64,000 nt of DNA from an uncultured Clostridia bacterium (GCA_947632385.1 CANRPD010000004.1:190-64189), one strand, 5' to 3'; shown: positions 39,376 through 50,406, counted from the first letter of the stretch. Notes: a model not told the origin generated them from the sequence alone. Made by a program: numbers and translations.

Positions 39376-40548
39376 TCATTCAGCGGCGCTGGAGGCGGGA
39401 GCCTCGGAGCTGTCGCTTTCGGGGGTGGAAGCGGTCTCGGTGCTGCCGGTGGTGCCGGTGGTACCGGCGCCGTCCTCCGTGGAGAGGGTGCCGTTGCGGT
39501 TGCTGTCGTCCACCAGGGAGGAGATCTTCACCCGGTCGATGGCCTTCTGGTTGATCTCGATGCCGTCCATCTGGGCGGCCGCGGCGGCCACGTCGTCGTA
39601 GAAGGCATCGCCCCGCAGGAGATAGAGCAGATCGTAGCGCTGGGTCTCATCGGCGGCGTAGTCCTCGTAGCCCTCGGCCACGGGGAGCTTGTGGATGACG
39701 AAGTAGTAGCCGCTGCCCTCCACGGCCCGGGTCTCGTCGTCCTTCATGTCGGCCAGGGCGGTGGAGAAGGTGGTGCTCAGCTCGTCGGAACGGGCGGCCT
39801 GGGGGGCGGTGTAGGTGCTCTCGGCATCCTCGCCGCCAAAGTTGCCGGCGTAGCGCTCAGCGGCCTCCTCCAGGGTGAGCTCGCCTTTGGTGACGGAATC
39901 GGCGTAGGACTCCAGCTGGTCCACCCGCATCTGCTTGTCCTCGTCGGAGAGGTCTACCGTGGCGCCGTCCTCGTCCACATCGGACATGGCGGCGTAGAAG
40001 TACTCGTAGCGGACGTAGTTCTCCACGAAGTAGTCCTTCAGCTCGTCCTCGGGGACCTCCTGCTCGCCGCCCTTGTCGTAGATCGCGGCGAAGAGCTTGT
40101 CCGCCATGAGGCCGTAGCGGCCGAAGGCCAGGGAGAAGGATTCCTGGGAGATCCCGTGGGACTCCATGATGTCCTTATAATAGGCCCAGTTGGAATCGGT
40201 GAGGGAGTCGATATAGTCCTCGTCGTCGGCGGTGAGGGCAAGGCCCCGCTGGGCGCACTGGTCCTCCACATAGAAGAAGCTGCGCAGGGATTCCATGGCC
40301 TTGTTCTTGATCCAGTCTTCGGCGGTGGAGCCCTCCAGGGGGGTCTTGAGGACCTCCTGGTCGGTGGGGACCAGGCTCATGGCCTCCACGTAGGCGCTGT
40401 TGAGGTAGTAGATGTATCCGCCGATGGGGAGGGTGACGTCGCCGGAGCGGGCCGCCCAGGCGTTGTTTTCGCTGTAGCAAGCATCCAGGCTCAGGCAGAG
40501 CAGGACCGCCAGGGCCAGGGCAAGGAGCTTTTTCAGGGTGTTTCGCAT
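39376..40548 (-). CDS. PrsA/SurA-like peptidyl-prolyl isomerase lipoprotein
   Basis: Signal peptide ending in Cys, SurA-like helices, G.Y..IHKL; usual position after mfd. Confidence 0.6.
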   Translation of the reverse strand: MRNTLKKLLALALAVLLCLSLDACYSENNAWAARSGDVTLPIGGYIYYLNSAYVEAMSLVPTDQEVLKTPLEGSTAEDWIKNKAMESLRSFFYVEDQCAQRGLALTADDEDYIDSLTDSNWAYYKDIMESHGISQESFSLAFGRYGLMADKLFAAIYDKGGEQEVPEDELKDYFVENYVRYEYFYAAMSDVDEDGATVDLSDEDKQMRVDQLESYADSVTKGELTLEEAAERYAGNFGGEDAESTYTAPQAARSDELSTTFSTALADMKDDETRAVEGSGYYFVIHKLPVAEGYEDYAADETQRYDLLYLLRGDAFYDDVAAAAAQMDGIEINQKAIDRVKISSLVDDSNRNGTLSTEDGAGTTGTTGSTETASTPESDSSEAPASSAAE

Positions 40549-40654
40549 GGGGATCATACCTTTCGTCTTTCGTTGGATTGTGGACTGAACGGGAGCTATT
40601 ATACTCCCTTTTTCGGGATTTGTCTACCGGTATTCCGGGAAATTCATCAAAACT

Positions 40655-43600
40655 TCACTTTGCGGGGGCCTCGCCCATGACGGAGAGGACCTGGGACAGG
40701 ACGGGGAGGGGAGGCTCCCCCAGGAGCTTGACGCTGATGTAGGGACGGCTGCCGGCGGAGAGCATGACCCGGGGACCCATGGCCCGGATGAGCCGGCCCA
40801 CTTCCTCCACGGCGAAGGTCTTTTTGTAGAGCAGCAGCGCGGCGCCCTGCTGCTTGACCTCGGTGACGCCGAGACTGGCGGCGGTGTTGCGCAGGAGGGC
40901 CACCTCCAGCAGGCCGCGGACGGCGGCGGGGGGCTCGCCGAAGCGGTCGATGAGCTCGTCGGTGACGTCCAGGGCGTCGGCCTCGGTGCGGACCTCGGCG
41001 ATGCGGCGGTAGATGTCCAGGCGCTGCTGGAGGCTCTCGATGTAGCTCTCCGGGATGTGGGCCTGGATCTGGACGTCCACGAGACATTCCTCGTCTACGG
41101 GCCGTTCGGGCTCCTCGCCCTTCATGAGGGAGACGGCCTCGCTGAGCAGGCGGACGTAGAGGTCGTAGCCCACGGCCTCCATGTGGCCGTGCTGCTCGCC
41201 GCCCAGGATGTTGCCGGCGCCCCGGATCTCCAGGTCCCGCATGGCGATCTTGAAGCCGGAGCCGAACTCGGTGAACTCCCGGATGGCGGAGAGGCGCTTT
41301 TGGGAGATGTCCGAGAGGACGCGGTTGGCGGGGTAGGTGAGGTAGGCGTAGGCCCGGCGGGTGCTGCGGCCCACCCGGCCCCGGATCTGGTGGAGCTGGG
41401 AGAGGCCCATGCGCTGGGCATTCTCGATGATGAGGGTGTTCACGTTGGGCACGTCCACGCCGGTCTCCAGGATGGTGGTGCACACCAGGACGTCGATCTC
41501 GTGGTCCAGCAGGCGGCGCCACACCTCGGAGAGCTCCTCCTCGGGCATCTGGCCGTGGCCCACCCCCACCCGGGCCTCCGGGAGGTTCTGGGCGATGCGG
41601 GCGGCGGTGCGGTCGATGGAGGCCACGTCGTTGTGGAGGTAGTACACCTGGCCGCCCCGGCGCAGCTCCCGGCGGATGGCATCGTAGACCACGCCGGCGT
41701 CGTACTCCATGACGTAGGTCTGGACGGGGTGGCGGTCCTGGGGGGCCTCCTCGATGACGGACATGTCCCGGATGCCGGAGAGGGCCATGTTCAGGGTGCG
41801 GGGGATGGGGGTGGCGGAGAGGGTGAGCACGTCGCAGCTTTTGGACAGGGCCTTGAGCTTCTCCTTTTGGGCCACGCCGAAGCGCTGCTCCTCGTCGATG
41901 ATGAGCAGGCCCAGGTCCTTGAAGGCCACGTCCTTGCCCACCAGCCGGTGGGTGCCCACCACGATGTCGATGCTGCCCCGCTTCACCTTTTTGAGGATCT
42001 CGGCCTGCTGCTTGGGGGTGCGGAATCGGGACAGGAGCTCCACGTCCACGGGGAAGCCCTCCATGCGGCGCTGGATGGTCTGGTAGTGCTGGAAGGCCAG
42101 GATGGTGGTGGGGACCAGGATGGCGCACTGCTTGCCGGCGGTGACGCACTTGAAGGCCGCCCGCAGGGCCACCTCGGTCTTGCCGAAGCCCACGTCTCCG
42201 CACAGGAGGCGGTCCATGGGCACGGGCTTTTCCATGTCGTCCTTGATCTCGCTGACGCAGCGCAGCTGGTCCTCGGTCTCCTCGAATTCGAAGCGGGACT
42301 CGAAATCCCGCTGCCACTCGCCGTCCGGGGGGAAGGCGAAGCCCTTTTCCTGGGCCCGGGCGGCGTAGAGCTGGATCAGGTCCTTGGCGATGTCCTTCAC
42401 CGCCGAGCGGACCCGGGCCTTCTGTTTCTGCCACTGGTCCCCGCCCAGGCGGCTCAGGCGCAGGTCAGCGTCCTCCCGGGGGCCAATGTATTTGGAGACC
42501 ATGTCCAGCTGGGTGACGGGGACGTAGAGGGTGTCGCCCCGGGCGTAGCGGACCTTGATGTAGTCCTTGATCACGCCGTTCATCTCCAGCTTGTGGATGC
42601 CTTGGAACACGCCGATGCCGTGGGCCGAGTGGACCACGGGGTCGCCGGGGGAGAGCTCGGAGAGGGAGGAGATCTCCCGGCTGTTTTTGTCCCGCTTCGC
42701 CTTGCGGGTGCGGGCCGCGGCGGTGCGGCCCTGGCTGAGCAGGGCAAAGCCGGCGTCGGGGAGATCCATGCCGGCGGTGAGGGAGCCCAGGGTCACGGTG
42801 ACGGTGCCCTTCTGCAGGGTGACGGGGTCCGGGATGAAGGCGGCGGGCAGGCCCAGCTCCTTGAGCTCCGCCGCCAGGGAAGCGGCGGCCTTTTCGCCCC
42901 CGGCCAGGACCACGCAGGCCCGGCCGGACTCCAGCAGGGGGGAGAGGTCCTCTTTGAGCAGGGACACGCCCCCGCCCCAGACGGGGAGCTGCCGGACGGT
43001 GAAGTTGGTGAGGGTGCGCAGGGGGATCTCGTAGGAGCCCCGGGCGAAGACATCGAAGAAGAGGGCGGGGGTCTGCTGGGCCCGGGAGAGGGCGTAGGTC
43101 CAGTCCTCGGTGAAGGTGTCCAGGCCCTTGCACAGCACGCCCTGGGCCAGCAGGTCGGGGAGGTCCTGGCTCCACTGGACCTGAGTGGTGCGCACGCGCT
43201 CTTTTAGGCGGCTGCCCTCGGAGAAGAAGAGGAGGGAATCGGCGGGGGAGAAGTAGTCGAAAAGGGTGGCCCGGGCGGGATAGACCAGGGAGATGAATTT
43301 GTCGATGGAGCGGGGGACGAGGCCGTTTCGCAGTTTGTCGGCCTCGGCCAAGAGGACCTCCCGGGCCTTGGGCGCGGTCTTGCCCCGCAGGCCGACGGCC
43401 AGCTTGTCGATCTTCTTGGCGAGGAGCACGGGGTCGGCGGGGATGACCTCCACGCAGGGGGCCAGGGTGACCGCATCCAATGGCTCGGTGCGGCGCTGGG
43501 TCTCGGGATCGAACCGGGAGAGGGAGTCGACCTCGTCGCCCCAGAACTCCACCCGGACGGGGGCGGGGCTGCCGGGGGAAAAGAAATCCACGATGCCGCC

Positions 43601-44125
43601 CCGGCGGCCGAACTGGCCGGGGCCCTCGATCTGCTCCTCCCGGGTGTAGCCGCAGCGCACCAGGGCAGCCAGCAGGTCCTCGGGGGGGAGCTCCTGCCCC
43701 GGAGACAGGGTGAACAGCCGCTGGGAGAGCTCCCCGGGGCCCATGGTGTATTGCAGGGCGGCGTCGATGCAGGACACGATGCAGTCACATTCCCCGGAGA
43801 GCAGCCGGGAAAGGGCCTCGATGCGCAGGCGTTCGTACTCGTGGGAGACGCCGGCAGCGTCCCGGAGGCCGAAATCCCGCAGGGGATAGAACACGGGGCG
43901 CCGGCCCAGGGCGGTGAGGTCTTCGGTGAAGCGCTGGGCCTCGGCCTCGTCGGCGGCCAGCACCAGGGCCTTTTTGCCGGAGGACTCCAGCAGCGCGGCG
44001 ATGAGGGCGCACTTGTGGATCCCGGAGAGCCCCGTGGCGGCGGCGGGCAGCGCCCCCCGGGCGACGGCGGTCTCCAGGGAGAGGTATTCCGGGGAACGGG
44101 AAAGGGCGGGTCGGATGAAACGCAT
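40655..44125 (-). CDS. mfd: Transcription-repair coupling factor
   Basis: CGDVGFGKTEVALRAAFK, DEEQRFGV, TLSATPIPRTL, TRCF domain. Confidence 0.98.
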   Translation of the reverse strand: MRFIRPALSRSPEYLSLETAVARGALPAAATGLSGIHKCALIAALLESSGKKALVLAADEAEAQRFTEDLTALGRRPVFYPLRDFGLRDAAGVSHEYERLRIEALSRLLSGECDCIVSCIDAALQYTMGPGELSQRLFTLSPGQELPPEDLLAALVRCGYTREEQIEGPGQFGRRGGIVDFFSPGSPAPVRVEFWGDEVDSLSRFDPETQRRTEPLDAVTLAPCVEVIPADPVLLAKKIDKLAVGLRGKTAPKAREVLLAEADKLRNGLVPRSIDKFISLVYPARATLFDYFSPADSLLFFSEGSRLKERVRTTQVQWSQDLPDLLAQGVLCKGLDTFTEDWTYALSRAQQTPALFFDVFARGSYEIPLRTLTNFTVRQLPVWGGGVSLLKEDLSPLLESGRACVVLAGGEKAAASLAAELKELGLPAAFIPDPVTLQKGTVTVTLGSLTAGMDLPDAGFALLSQGRTAAARTRKAKRDKNSREISSLSELSPGDPVVHSAHGIGVFQGIHKLEMNGVIKDYIKVRYARGDTLYVPVTQLDMVSKYIGPREDADLRLSRLGGDQWQKQKARVRSAVKDIAKDLIQLYAARAQEKGFAFPPDGEWQRDFESRFEFEETEDQLRCVSEIKDDMEKPVPMDRLLCGDVGFGKTEVALRAAFKCVTAGKQCAILVPTTILAFQHYQTIQRRMEGFPVDVELLSRFRTPKQQAEILKKVKRGSIDIVVGTHRLVGKDVAFKDLGLLIIDEEQRFGVAQKEKLKALSKSCDVLTLSATPIPRTLNMALSGIRDMSVIEEAPQDRHPVQTYVMEYDAGVVYDAIRRELRRGGQVYYLHNDVASIDRTAARIAQNLPEARVGVGHGQMPEEELSEVWRRLLDHEIDVLVCTTILETGVDVPNVNTLIIENAQRMGLSQLHQIRGRVGRSTRRAYAYLTYPANRVLSDISQKRLSAIREFTEFGSGFKIAMRDLEIRGAGNILGGEQHGHMEAVGYDLYVRLLSEAVSLMKGEEPERPVDEECLVDVQIQAHIPESYIESLQQRLDIYRRIAEVRTEADALDVTDELIDRFGEPPAAVRGLLEVALLRNTAASLGVTEVKQQGAALLLYKKTFAVEEVGRLIRAMGPRVMLSAGSRPYISVKLLGEPPLPVLSQVLSVMGEAPAK

Positions 44126-44136
44126 AGGGCCTCCTG

Positions 44137-44739
44137 TCAGTTGAAAAGCGCCATGGCCTGTTCGATCTCCCCACGGACGATGAGCTTTGCGGCATGGACG
44201 GCGTTGTCCAGGGCGGGGTCCAGGGCTTTGCGGTCCGACGGGGAGAAGGCGGAGAGGACCCAGTCGGCCAGGTCGTAGTCGGGATGGGGCTTTTGGCCCA
44301 CGCCGATCTTCACCCGGGGGAACTGGTCCGAGCCGGTGAGATAAATGATGTTCTTCATGCCGTTGTGGCCGCCGTCGCTGCCCTTGCGGCGGACCCGCAG
44401 CCGCCCGGGATCCAGGTTGATGTCGTCGAAGAGGATCAGGGTGCGCTCCGGGGGCAGGTGATAAAACGCCATGGCCTCCTGGACGGACTGGCCGCTGAGG
44501 TTCATGAACGTGGTGGGCTTGAGTAGGAGGACCTTTTGGTCCCCCAGGCGGGCCTCTCCCGTGAGGCCCTTGAAGCGGATCCGGCGGATCTCGCAGCCCA
44601 GGTCTCCGGCCAGGCGGTCCAGGGCCAGATAGCCCGCGTTGTGCCGGGTGTTCTCATAGGGTTTGCCGGGGTTGCCCAGGCCCACGATGAGAAAGTCGAT
44701 GGGGCCGGGGACGGCTTTTTTCAGGGGAAAACGAAGCAT
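44137..44739 (-). CDS. pth: Peptidyl-tRNA hydrolase
   Basis: LIVGLGNPG..Y..TRHNAG, KPTTFMNLSG, GGHNG. Confidence 0.97.
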   Translation of the reverse strand: MLRFPLKKAVPGPIDFLIVGLGNPGKPYENTRHNAGYLALDRLAGDLGCEIRRIRFKGLTGEARLGDQKVLLLKPTTFMNLSGQSVQEAMAFYHLPPERTLILFDDINLDPGRLRVRRKGSDGGHNGMKNIIYLTGSDQFPRVKIGVGQKPHPDYDLADWVLSAFSPSDRKALDPALDNAVHAAKLIVRGEIEQAMALFN

Positions 44740-45138
44740 GGCGACTCCTTTCGGAACGATGGGATGGGCGGCCCGCTCCTGGGCACGCCTACAGGCGGGC
44801 AGGGATGCTCCCGGCCCGCTGAATTTTTTGGAATGGGTTTGCAGTCTATTATGCCAGCATTTTTCGGATTTTTCAAGGGGAAATTTCCAGGGGAACGTGA
44901 GAAAAACCGACGGGAGCCGCCGGGAGGGCGGGCCGGTGGGAGAGACGGGCGGCGGAAAGAACGAAAAAATTTTAAAATCTTCCGATTTGGGTATAGCTTT
45001 TTTCGGAAATCTTTGGTATAATTTGCCTTGGACAAACCGTCTGTCTGTGCGGCGCAGTGCACCGGGACGGTCTCCTTTGCTGTGAAAAAGAGGGGAGTCC
45101 GAAGGAAAATCAGCAAATTTTTGTAGGAGGTAATACCC

Positions 45139-47775
45139 ATGAGCCACAAGTATGTCTACCTGTTCAGCGAAGGCGATGCGAACATGCGGGAGCTTCTTGG
45201 CGGCAAGGGCGCGAACCTGGCCGAAATGACCAAGATCGGTCTGCCCGTACCCCAGGGCTTCACCATCTCCACCGAGGCCTGCACCCAGTATTATGAGGAC
45301 GGCCGCCAGATCAACCCTGAGATCCAGGCGCAGATCATGGAGTACGTGGGCAAGATGGAGGAGATCACCGGAAAGAAGTTCGGCGACAAGGAGAACCCGC
45401 TGCTGGTCTCCGTGCGTTCCGGCGCCCGTGCGTCCATGCCCGGCATGATGGACACCATCCTGAACCTGGGCCTCAACGAAGAAGTGGTGGAGGTCATGGC
45501 CAGACAGTCCGGCAACCCCCGGTGGGCCTATGACTGCTATCGCAGATTCATCCAGATGTACTCCGATGTCGTCATGGAAGTGGGCAAGAAGTATTTCGAA
45601 GAGCTCATCGACGAGATGAAGGAGAAGCGCGGCGTCACCCAGGATACCGAGCTGACCGCGGAGGACCTGAAGGAGCTGGCCGAGCAGTTCAAGGGCGAGT
45701 ACAAGGCCAAGATCGGCGAGGAGTTCCCCACCGATCCCGTGGAGCAGCTGATGGGCGCAATCAAGGCCGTGTTCCGTTCCTGGGACAACCCCCGCGCCAA
45801 CGTTTACCGCATGATGAACGAGATCCCCTATTCCTGGGGCACCGCTGTCAACGTGCAGATGATGGCCTTCGGCAATATGGGCGATGACTGCGGCACCGGT
45901 GTTGCCTTTACCCGCGACCCCGCCACCGGCGAGAAGAAGCTGATGGGCGAGTTCCTGACCAACGCCCAGGGCGAAGACGTGGTGGCCGGCGTGCGCACGC
46001 CCATGCCCATCGCGCAGATGGCTGAGAAGTTCCCCGAGGCCTTTGCACAGTTCCAGACCGTGTGCAAGACCCTGGAGGATCACTATAAGGACATGCAGGA
46101 CATGGAGTTCACCGTGGAGCACGGCAAGCTCTACATGCTGCAGACCCGGAACGGCAAGCGTACCGCCACTGCCGCCATCAAGATCGCCTGCGATCTCATC
46201 GACGAGGGCATGAAGACCGAGGAAGAGGCCCTGCTGATGATCGATCCCAAGCAGCTGGACGCGCTGCTGCATCCCCAGTTCGATCCCGAAGCGCTGAAGG
46301 CGGCCACCCCCGTGGCCAGCGCCCTGGCCGCTTCTCCCGGAGCTGCCTGCGGCAAGATCGTCTTCTCTGCTGAGGACGCCGTGGAGCAGGGCAAAAAGGG
46401 CGAGAAGGTCGTTCTGGTCCGTCTGGAAACTTCTCCCGAGGACATCGAGGGCATGAACTATGCCCAGGGGATCCTCACCGTGCGCGGCGGCATGACCAGC
46501 CACGCGGCCGTTGTGGCCCGGGGCATGGGCACCTGCTGTGTCTCCGGCTGCGGCGCCATCAAGATGGACGAAGCCAACAAGAAGTTCGAGCTGAATGGCC
46601 GCACCTATCATGAGGGCGACTATATCTCCCTGGACGGCACCACCGGCAACATCTACGGCGAGGCTATCCCCACCGTGCCCGCCTCCACCACCGGCGGCTA
46701 CTTCGGCCGGATCATGGAGCTCTCGGACAAGTACCGTCAGCTGCAGGTGCGCACCAATGCCGACACCCCGCGGGACGCCAAGCAGGCTGTGGCCTTCGGC
46801 GCCGAGGGCATTGGCCTGTGCCGTACCGAGCACATGTTCTTTGATCCCGACCGCATCGCGGCCATCCGCGAAATGATCTGCTCCGACACCGTGGAGCAGC
46901 GCAAGGCCGCGCTGGCCAAGCTGGAGCCCATGCAGCAGGGCGACTTTGAGAAGCTGTATGAGGCGCTGGAAGGCAAGCACGTGAACATCCGCTTCCTGGA
47001 TCCGCCGCTGCACGAGTTCGTTCCCACCGAGGAGAAGGATATCGAGCTGTTGGCCCACACCCAGGGCAAGACTGTGGAAGACATCAAGGCCATCATCTCC
47101 AGCCTGCATGAGTTCAACCCCATGATGGGCCACCGCGGCTGCCGTTTGGCCGTGACCTATCCCGAGATCGCCGAGATGCAGACCGAGGCCGTCATCAAGG
47201 CTGCCATCAACGTGAACAAGGCCCATCCCGACTGGCACATCGTGCCCGAGATCATGATCCCGCTGGTGGGCGAGCTCAAGGAGCTCAAGTTCGTCAAGAA
47301 GACCGTGGTCGCCACCGCCGACAAGCTCATCGCCGAGGCGGGCGTGGACATGAAGTACAAGGTCGGCACCATGATCGAGATCCCGCGTGCCGCTCTGACC
47401 GCGGACAAGATCGCCGAGGAGGCCGAGTTCTTCAGCTTCGGCACCAACGACCTGACCCAGATGACCTTCGGCTTCTCCCGTGACGATGCCGGCAAGTTCC
47501 TGTCCTCGTACTACGAGAACAAGATCTACGAGAACGATCCCTTTGCCCGTCTCGACCAGGAAGGCGTTGGCCAGCTGGTGAAGATGGCTTCCGAAAAGGG
47601 CAAGGCTGTCCGTCCCGACATCGTGCTGGGCATCTGCGGCGAGCACGGCGGCGACCCGACCACCATCGAGTTCTGCCACAACGTGGGCCTGACCTACGTT
47701 TCCTGCTCTCCCTTCCGCGTGCCGATCGCCCGTCTGGCTGCTGCTCAGGCTGCCATCAAGAATCCCCGGAAGTAA
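45139..47775 (+). CDS. ppdK: Pyruvate, phosphate dikinase
   Basis: LLGGKGANLAEM, GGMTSHAAVVARG, FSFGTNDLTQ. Confidence 0.98.
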   Translation: MSHKYVYLFSEGDANMRELLGGKGANLAEMTKIGLPVPQGFTISTEACTQYYEDGRQINPEIQAQIMEYVGKMEEITGKKFGDKENPLLVSVRSGARASMPGMMDTILNLGLNEEVVEVMARQSGNPRWAYDCYRRFIQMYSDVVMEVGKKYFEELIDEMKEKRGVTQDTELTAEDLKELAEQFKGEYKAKIGEEFPTDPVEQLMGAIKAVFRSWDNPRANVYRMMNEIPYSWGTAVNVQMMAFGNMGDDCGTGVAFTRDPATGEKKLMGEFLTNAQGEDVVAGVRTPMPIAQMAEKFPEAFAQFQTVCKTLEDHYKDMQDMEFTVEHGKLYMLQTRNGKRTATAAIKIACDLIDEGMKTEEEALLMIDPKQLDALLHPQFDPEALKAATPVASALAASPGAACGKIVFSAEDAVEQGKKGEKVVLVRLETSPEDIEGMNYAQGILTVRGGMTSHAAVVARGMGTCCVSGCGAIKMDEANKKFELNGRTYHEGDYISLDGTTGNIYGEAIPTVPASTTGGYFGRIMELSDKYRQLQVRTNADTPRDAKQAVAFGAEGIGLCRTEHMFFDPDRIAAIREMICSDTVEQRKAALAKLEPMQQGDFEKLYEALEGKHVNIRFLDPPLHEFVPTEEKDIELLAHTQGKTVEDIKAIISSLHEFNPMMGHRGCRLAVTYPEIAEMQTEAVIKAAINVNKAHPDWHIVPEIMIPLVGELKELKFVKKTVVATADKLIAEAGVDMKYKVGTMIEIPRAALTADKIAEEAEFFSFGTNDLTQMTFGFSRDDAGKFLSSYYENKIYENDPFARLDQEGVGQLVKMASEKGKAVRPDIVLGICGEHGGDPTTIEFCHNVGLTYVSCSPFRVPIARLAAAQAAIKNPRK

Positions 47776-47809
47776 GTTTTCGAGAGGACCGAATTGAATC
47801 TATGGAATG

Positions 47810-47837
47810 GGCCCCTGCCGCAAGGCGGGGGCCTTTT
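47810..47837 (+). terminator. Terminator after ppdK
   Basis: GGCCCCTGCC-GCAA-GGCGGGGGCC-TTTT. Confidence 0.75.
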
Positions 47838-47917
47838 CGTTTCCAGCCTCTTGACATCGTTTCGGCAGGCGACTATAATTTGGATCAGGAAATATGATCC
47901 GGAAAGGAAGCGGTCCT

Positions 47918-48169
47918 GTGATCCGAAAGGTCAAGTTTTTTTTGGCCCACATCCTGATGCCCTGCACGGTGGGGGTATTCATCGGCAGCGCCGTGGAGCG
48001 CTGGCTGGATTACCGGAACCACCCGGGGCTGTACGAGATAAGTTCCGCGCCCTGGTATACGCAGATCCTGTTCAATGGGCTGATCACCCTGGGCATTCTG
48101 CTGTTGGAGCAGATCCTGTTTTTGCTTTTCCGGCGCTGGGACAGCCATTCGGATCGGGACAAGCCGTGA
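47918..48169 (+). CDS. Small 2-TM membrane protein
   Basis: Two hydrophobic helices; overlaps the next start codon by 4 nt (GTGA). Confidence 0.6.
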   Translation: MIRKVKFFLAHILMPCTVGVFIGSAVERWLDYRNHPGLYEISSAPWYTQILFNGLITLGILLLEQILFLLFRRWDSHSDRDKP

Positions 48170-48771
48170 CGGAACTGTTTCTGACGGTATACCGGTCGGA
48201 AGAGGTGCCCGCCGGTACCCGGGAGCGAGCCTTTCAGCACGAGGTGGGCCGCCTGCTGCTGCGGGCGGCTTTTTCACGGCGGTTTGCCCAGCCGTTTCCG
48301 GAGATCAAGGTGAGCCCGTCCGGCAAGCCCTATTTTGTGGGGCATCCCGCCCAGTTCAGTCTCTCCCACTGCCGGGGCGCGGTGTGCTGCGGGCTGTCCG
48401 ATCAGGCGGTGGGCGTGGACGTGGAGCGGGTCCGGCCCCAGGCTGCCCGGGTGGCCCCTCGGGTGTGTGCACCGGAGGAGCTGCACCGACTGGAGGGCTG
48501 TGATGACCGGGACGGGGCCTTCACGGCGCTGTGGACTCTGAAGGAGAGCCGGATGAAGCTCCACGGGGAGGGATTTTCCTTTGGCGCGCGAAACGCGGTT
48601 TTTCGGTTTGACGCCGCAGGGAAGCCCATTCCGGCAGAACCGGGGCTGCGGGCCGCCCTGTACCGGCCGGAGCCGGATCTGTATATGGCCCTGTGCGCCA
48701 TGGAGCTGCCGGAACAGTTCCTCACCATCGAGATGGAATACCTGCGTTCTTTCCCGCATACCTATTGCTAG
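48166..48771 (+). CDS. 4'-phosphopantetheinyl transferase (Sfp-like)
   Basis: GKPY, FSLSHC, VGVDVE, F..LWTLKES.MK..G.G. Confidence 0.88.
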   Translation: MTELFLTVYRSEEVPAGTRERAFQHEVGRLLLRAAFSRRFAQPFPEIKVSPSGKPYFVGHPAQFSLSHCRGAVCCGLSDQAVGVDVERVRPQAARVAPRVCAPEELHRLEGCDDRDGAFTALWTLKESRMKLHGEGFSFGARNAVFRFDAAGKPIPAEPGLRAALYRPEPDLYMALCAMELPEQFLTIEMEYLRSFPHTYC

Positions 48772-48825
48772 GTTCGGGCGGGCCGAAAGACATTTCGGCG
48801 GCCCAAAGGGAGGAACGGTGGCAAA

Positions 48826-49482
48826 ATGGTGGTTTCGCTGAAGGCAAACAGAAAGAGGATCGTCGCTTTTTTGATCTTGGCCGCGGTGGTCATCGGCGCG
48901 TGTATTTTTTTGAAGGGCGGGGACGATCCGGGACCCGCCGAAGCGGTGCCCGGGGGCACCAACGAGGAACGCATCGCCTATCTGGAGAGCTTTGGCTGGA
49001 GCGTGGAAAGCGAGCCGGCCCAGACCCGGGAGGTGATGATCCCCGCCCAGTTCGACGACGTGTATACGGCGTACAACGTGATGCAGCAGGCCCAGGGGTT
49101 CGATCTCAAGCCCTACGCCGGTGAGGTCTGCACCCAGTATCAATATAAGATCAACAACTATCCCGGGGAAGAAGAGGTCTATGCCACGCTGCTGGTGGTG
49201 GGCGAGAAGATCGTGGGTGGCGATGTGGCTTGCTCCAAGCTGGACGGGTTCATGCACGGATTTGCCCGGGACAGCGTCGCCTATGGGGAGACGCCGGGCC
49301 AGTCCGGCTCGGAGAAGGGGACTGCTTCTGCGGTGCCGGACCCGGTGAGCAGCTGCCCGGCGGGACCTTCTGAGTCGGCTGATCCCACCGTGCCGGCGGA
49401 AAGCGCAGCTGCGGCGGATGCTTCCACTGAAAGCACCGTGGAGACCGACACGGTGCCGGAGGACGCCTATCCCACCGATTGA
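48826..49482 (+). CDS. DUF4830-like protein
   Basis: N-terminal TM helix; TNEERIAYLESFGW, Y..YN..Q..QGFDL..Y.G. Confidence 0.7.
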   Translation: MVVSLKANRKRIVAFLILAAVVIGACIFLKGGDDPGPAEAVPGGTNEERIAYLESFGWSVESEPAQTREVMIPAQFDDVYTAYNVMQQAQGFDLKPYAGEVCTQYQYKINNYPGEEEVYATLLVVGEKIVGGDVACSKLDGFMHGFARDSVAYGETPGQSGSEKGTASAVPDPVSSCPAGPSESADPTVPAESAAAADASTESTVETDTVPEDAYPTD

Positions 49483-49517
49483 GCGTCGGCGGGGAAGTGA
49501 AACAAGGAGGATTGTGG

Positions 49518-50255
49518 ATGATCCAGCGCCTGGATAAGTTGCTTGGTTCCCAGGGGATGGGCAGCCGGAAGGAGATCGCCCGCCTGGTGCGCCGGGGCTG
49601 CGTGCTGGTAGACGGGGCGCCTGCCGGGGATCCCGCCCAAAAGGTGGACCCACAGAGCCAGCAGATCGTCGTATCCGGAAAACCGGTGGTCTATCGGGAA
49701 CATCTGTATCTCATGATGAATAAGCCCGCGGGGGTGCTCTCCGCCACGGAAGACAGCCGCCAGAGGACCGTGCTGGACCTGCTGCCGCCGGAGTTCGACC
49801 GCCGCGGGCTGTTCCCCGCGGGCAGGCTGGACAAGGATACCACGGGACTGCTGCTGCTCACAGACGACGGAGCATTTGCCCACCGGATGCTGTCTCCCCG
49901 GTCCCACGTGTTCAAGCGGTATCGGGCAACGCTGGAGCGGGCCGTTACGCCGGAGGATGTGGCGCTGTTCGCCCGGGGCATCACGGCAGGCGGGGAAACC
50001 TTCGTCCCGGCCCGGCTGTTCCCGGCAGAGGATCCCGCCGGAAAGGCTGCGTTCGTGGAGATCCGTGAGGGGAAGTTCCATCAGGTCAAGCGCATGTTCG
50101 AAGCCGCCGGAAACCGGGTCCTGGCGCTGCACCGGTGCGCCATCGGCGGCCTGGTGCTGGATGAGGACCTGGCCCCCGGAGCGGTGCGGCTGCTGGAAGA
50201 AAATGAGGAAAAGCAGGTCTTTATCGGACAAAATCAACAAAAACAGGAGATTTGA
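49518..50255 (+). CDS. RsuA-family rRNA pseudouridine synthase
   Basis: S4 domain RLDKLL, KPAGVLSAT, GRLDKDTTGLLLLTDDG, EGKFHQVKRMF. Confidence 0.93.
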   Translation: MIQRLDKLLGSQGMGSRKEIARLVRRGCVLVDGAPAGDPAQKVDPQSQQIVVSGKPVVYREHLYLMMNKPAGVLSATEDSRQRTVLDLLPPEFDRRGLFPAGRLDKDTTGLLLLTDDGAFAHRMLSPRSHVFKRYRATLERAVTPEDVALFARGITAGGETFVPARLFPAEDPAGKAAFVEIREGKFHQVKRMFEAAGNRVLALHRCAIGGLVLDEDLAPGAVRLLEENEEKQVFIGQNQQKQEI

Positions 50256-50406
50256 TTTGGATTTTATAGAAATCTCATAAACGCATGGACCAATCTTTGG
50301 TGAAATAAAGACTTACATTGAGGGAAGAATTCTGGTATACTGGACCCATACCAAAACGGTGCGCGTTTCGGCGCGCGAAAATTTACCTACATAGGAGGAT
50401 TTATCA

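Noticed and set aside
45020-45135. Riboswitch in the ppdK 5' UTR
   Set aside because: Some hairpins are possible, but there is no known consensus, no terminator and no second copy to test covariation
48166-48771. Secondary-metabolite cluster around the Sfp-type PPTase
   Set aside because: No NRPS, PKS or carrier-protein genes nearby
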